The notes under the pieces were generated by a model. It had not been told where the DNA came from. It made no database searches and saw only the letters and a program-made list of their open reading frames with translations. A program made the translations under genes and the position numbers. Shown here one piece after another: positions 60,578 through 64,000 of a stretch of DNA of 64,000 bases. Source of the DNA: Macrostomum hystrix (Eukaryota; Animalia; Platyhelminthes); the NCBI GenBank assembly GCA_950097015.1, contig CATNEN010000001.1:17608001-17672000 (forward strand). Reading direction: 5' to 3'. Positions within the stretch are counted from its first letter, which is position 1. Each line of letters starts with the position of its first letter.

Positions 60578-62458
60578 ATGCAAATGATTCTACTAGCACT
60601 CAGGTGCACTCCGCTGCTGCTGCTGCTTGCAGTGGGCAGCAATGGGCAGGAAACCATCGATAAAAGTAAGTTATTTTTTTCTTTTGTCCAAGTAAAAAAT
60701 CAAATAAGGGAGAAAATTATGGCGAAAAAGGCCGCTATCACCCGGGAAATGGTACTTAATGTTGTACTTTCAGAGTTTGTCCCAATGGAGGTGTGTTACG
60801 GTGAGCTGGGCTGCTTCAGCACAGGTGGGCGCTTCTACGACCTGTGGAATCGACCACTGCAGCTGCTGCCGCAGAGCCCTGACCGCATCAGGCCCACCTA
60901 TGCTTTGTACACCAGGAGCAACGCGAATGCACCGCATCTTCTGGTGCACGGCGATATGGCCAGCGTCTCCAACTCGAACTTCAACGCCAGTTTGCCCACC
61001 AAGATTGTCATCCACGGATTCTTGGAGGACGCCACCGTGCCTTGGATGAGCGACATGAGGAAATCCCTGCTGCTGAACGGCGATTACAACGTAATCGTAC
61101 TGGACTGGAGCAAGGGCAACCAGCTGCCGTACACTCAGGCTACGGCCAACACTCGAGTCATCGGAGCACTCATTGCTCAGCTCATCATGTGGCTCGAGAC
61201 CGAGTTCGGAGCTAACCGTGAGCAGTTCCACCTGCTGGGCCACAGCCTTGGCTCCCACATCGCTGGATACGCTGGTGAGAGGCTCACGGGAACACGCCGT
61301 CTCGGTCGCATCACCGGCATGGATCCGGCTGGTCCCTACTTCGAGAACACACACCCGGAGGTCCGGCTCGACCCTACTGACGCTCGCTTCGTCGACGCCA
61401 TCCACACGGACGGAGACAGCCTGTTGAGCAGCATTGTCCTGCAGGGCGGCATGGGTCTGATGCAGCCCGTGGGACACGTGGACTTCTACCCGAACGGTGG
61501 CAAGACGCAACCAAACTGCAATGAGAATTCCATTGCTAACATCATCATCAACGGCATCATCGAGGGCACCAAGTGGATCATTGCCTGCGACCACATGCGT
61601 GTGCTTCAGCTGGTGTCCTCAACACTGATCCACGCCCAAGGCGACTTCAAGGCCTACCCGTGCGACTCCTACGAGAACTTCAAGGCTGGCAAGTGCACCG
61701 GCTGTGGCAGCACCGGCTGCGCCTTCATGGGTGCCAGGGCCAACGAGTGGAACCCGAACGGACGCACCAACGTGAAGATGTTCCTGGACACTGCCGGCAA
61801 GGCACCCTACGACAGTGAGTGAGACAGTTAACTGCTTTGGCACACTTTTTGGAGTAAATCTTCGGAGAACCGTAGCCCGGTTCTTTTTGCGCATGTTCTG
61901 ATGCCTCCGTTTCCTCTCCAGTTCATCACTATGCAGTCAAGGTGACTGTTTCTGGAATTTCCGAGGCCAAGCGTCAGTACGGTGACTTGTTCGTCACCCT
62001 CGAGGGCGCCGATGGAAAGCGAAGCTCCCAGCTCACCGTTGTTGAGAAGGCCTACATGGAGCCTGGCGAGCAGATCAGCCTGATGCTCACCAGCACGGAA
62101 CCTGTGCTGGACCTGGCCCGTCTGACCGTGTCCTGGAAGCACCGTTGGACTCTGGCGATTCTCACCCAGAAACTGCACATCAACCGCGTGGAGATCTTCG
62201 AAGGCCTCAAGGAGAAGCGGTGAGAGCTCAATTTGAGGTTGAGAGGCTTTCGTAAACGATATTGTGACTCTGGGGATAGTGTTAGCTGCTTAACTTGAGA
62301 ACTGTGGGCAGTGCTACAAGTACCAGGAAGTTTTTTGAAATCTTATCTGAAATTTCCCTATCACCCAAACTGCCTACTTCAGGTCCTCCTACTGCGCCAA
62401 GAATGTGGCCATCGAGTCAGGAAAATCGTTGACCCTCTCGGCGTCCAGCATCTGCTAG
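60578..62458 (+). CDS. Pancreatic-lipase-family gene 3 (exons 60578-60665, 60774-61814, 61922-62219, 62383-62458) with a C-terminal PLAT domain
   Basis: Signal peptide; GHSLG, DPAGP, CDH; exon 3 HHYAVKVTVS..GDLFVTLEG..LTVSW..INRVEI; exon 4 SSYC...SIC*; the 108-bp in-frame intron 1 explains ORF 60572-61822. Confidence 0.9.
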
Positions 62459-63812
62459 ATAAATGATAGACTGCACAACTCGCTTATTCAGTAATATAAA
62501 AAACGTGTGAAAAATACCATCGAAAGAAATTAAGTCGACAAATTTGAGTATCTTAGGCATCGTCGGACTTTGTGATTCAGTGTCGACGTGAATATTGTGG
62601 CAAATGGAGCGGCTCCCAAGTCGAAATTCTAATTTATATTTACTAACGTGTGTTCGAATTACTTACGAATATTCGATTAGACAGATAAACTTATATAAGT
62701 GTATATTATATATAAAAGCATTATGGTACACAACGGCGATAATACTGCAGGGTGCTCCACAGCCCCATTAATCTGAAAAGTCGCAATGGATTGACATATA
62801 CTGACAGGGCCACTCGGCAAACACGAAAAGATAGAGGAGAGAACATTTGAAGGTTAAAAATGAATATCTGGGCTTTGAAATGGTGAAATGGGACAATATT
62901 TCAGCACTTGTAGTAAAACTATCGCCTTTATCACAGGTTTGTACCAGCTGTTGATTGTCTGAAGACTGGGTCATATAATCAAAATCTTTTCATAAAATAA
63001 TTCAAACGTGAAAACCCAATAGCTGATTTAAAAAAGCACCAGATCAGACAAAAACTGAAATTTGGTTCACATTTATCGATTTCTGAGCGAAGCATTTTAG
63101 GTTTATGAGGACTTAACCGCTGTGGAAATTCGAACAAAAAACTGATGGACTAGCAGTAGGATCAGCAAGAAAGTTGGGTGAGGCAGAGCACCAGTGGCTA
63201 TGCTACACATGATGCGTGAAATGACACGGCGAAACTTGACAAGCTAATTCACAACGCGCTTACGATAAATTTTTCCGAGAAAAGTAGCTAACATTTTACA
63301 AACTTAAAAAGCTAGCTTTATCGAATGAAATTCCAATAAATCTACGAGCATACAGTTCAGGACAAACGTGTCATGAATGCACCCTCGTATAGTTGAACTT
63401 TGTCGGTTTGAACAGGCGATGACAAAGCGATTGTGTTCAACAAACGCAATATCAATTATTCTCATTCTCAATTTAAAATTGGCAAGGAAGCTAGAACATT
63501 TTAACAAAAAAATCCATCGAAAACCATTTCACAAACGATTGACTGTACTTGAGAAGCGGCTGTTGCTTTGCACACAACGCAATTAACATATGGTAGGTTG
63601 TGTCTCATGAGGCAGCCACTTAATTACGCGGTCGCCTGAAAGGAAAAGACAGTAAGAAAATGATGATAGGAACTTAACAGTTGGTCGAAAATGATATCTA
63701 TTCGATCGATCAAAGTGCAAGTACTGTCAGTGTGGTCGCAACTCGGGCCACGGAAGTCACTCTTCTGAAGTCTGACATTTGAAACTGCAGACATTTATTC
63801 AGCCCCGCCCTC

Positions 63813-63880
63813 CTAGCTGGGGGACCATTGGGAATTAGGACGGGTCGACGCACTGTACGTTCGTGACGAACGCCGAGGAC
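63813..63880 (-). other. Probable terminal exon of a fourth, convergent lipase paralogue
   Basis: CTGCAG|GT CCT CGG CGT (G-P-R-R, same phase and start as the last exons of genes 1 and 2) ...TAG, with AATAAA ~14 nt downstream. Confidence 0.5.
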
Positions 63881-64000
63881 CTGCAGTGTGACAGCGAGCC
63901 TGACATGGATAATATTAAACAGACAGACACGCACAGAGATATTATTTTGATGGGCAGACGAGCAGACCAACAGCCAGACAAGAGGAACTTTTGATCGCAT

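Noticed and set aside
55548-61594. Long antisense ORFs over the lipase exons
   Set aside because: Codon-bias shadows, repeated only because the sense genes are paralogous.

Overview
Eukaryotic (animal) genomic DNA with short GT-AG introns; overall style suggests an invertebrate such as a free-living flatworm (inference only). About 1-47 kb is a dense mosaic of mobile-element DNA and about 47-64 kb carries host genes. The most notable structure is at 1-6.4 kb. A KDZ (Kyakuja-Dileera-Zisupton)-type transposase gene is followed, on the same strand, by gene cassettes each delimited by the same ~600-bp direct repeat. The cassettes encode a C2H2-pair/PR-Set7-like SET fusion and a related C2H2-pair protein. 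Further chromatin/nucleic-acid-modifier cargo is scattered through the mosaic: two more diverged PR-Set7-like SET genes (all three have Phe at the Tyr/Phe switch), a third C2H2 pair, an NCoR-like SANT exon, an ALKBH2/3-like AlkB, a Cys-protease-like domain and an RPA-like OB fold. Other elements include Copia, Gypsy, MULE-SWIM, Crypton, THAP/P and LINE remnants, a near-intact Sola2-like transposon, a solo-LTR-like insert with a 96-bp flanking duplication, tRNA-derived SINEs and several tandem arrays. A full-length Ingi-like LINE (APE-RT-RNase H) starts exactly at a well-formed HDV-like ribozyme and sits inside a SINE, inside the intron of a 4-TM gene. The window ends with three tandem pancreatic-lipase-family genes (two lacking PLAT) and probably the last exon of a fourth, convergent paralogue. 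All calls are by eye; no database searches were run.
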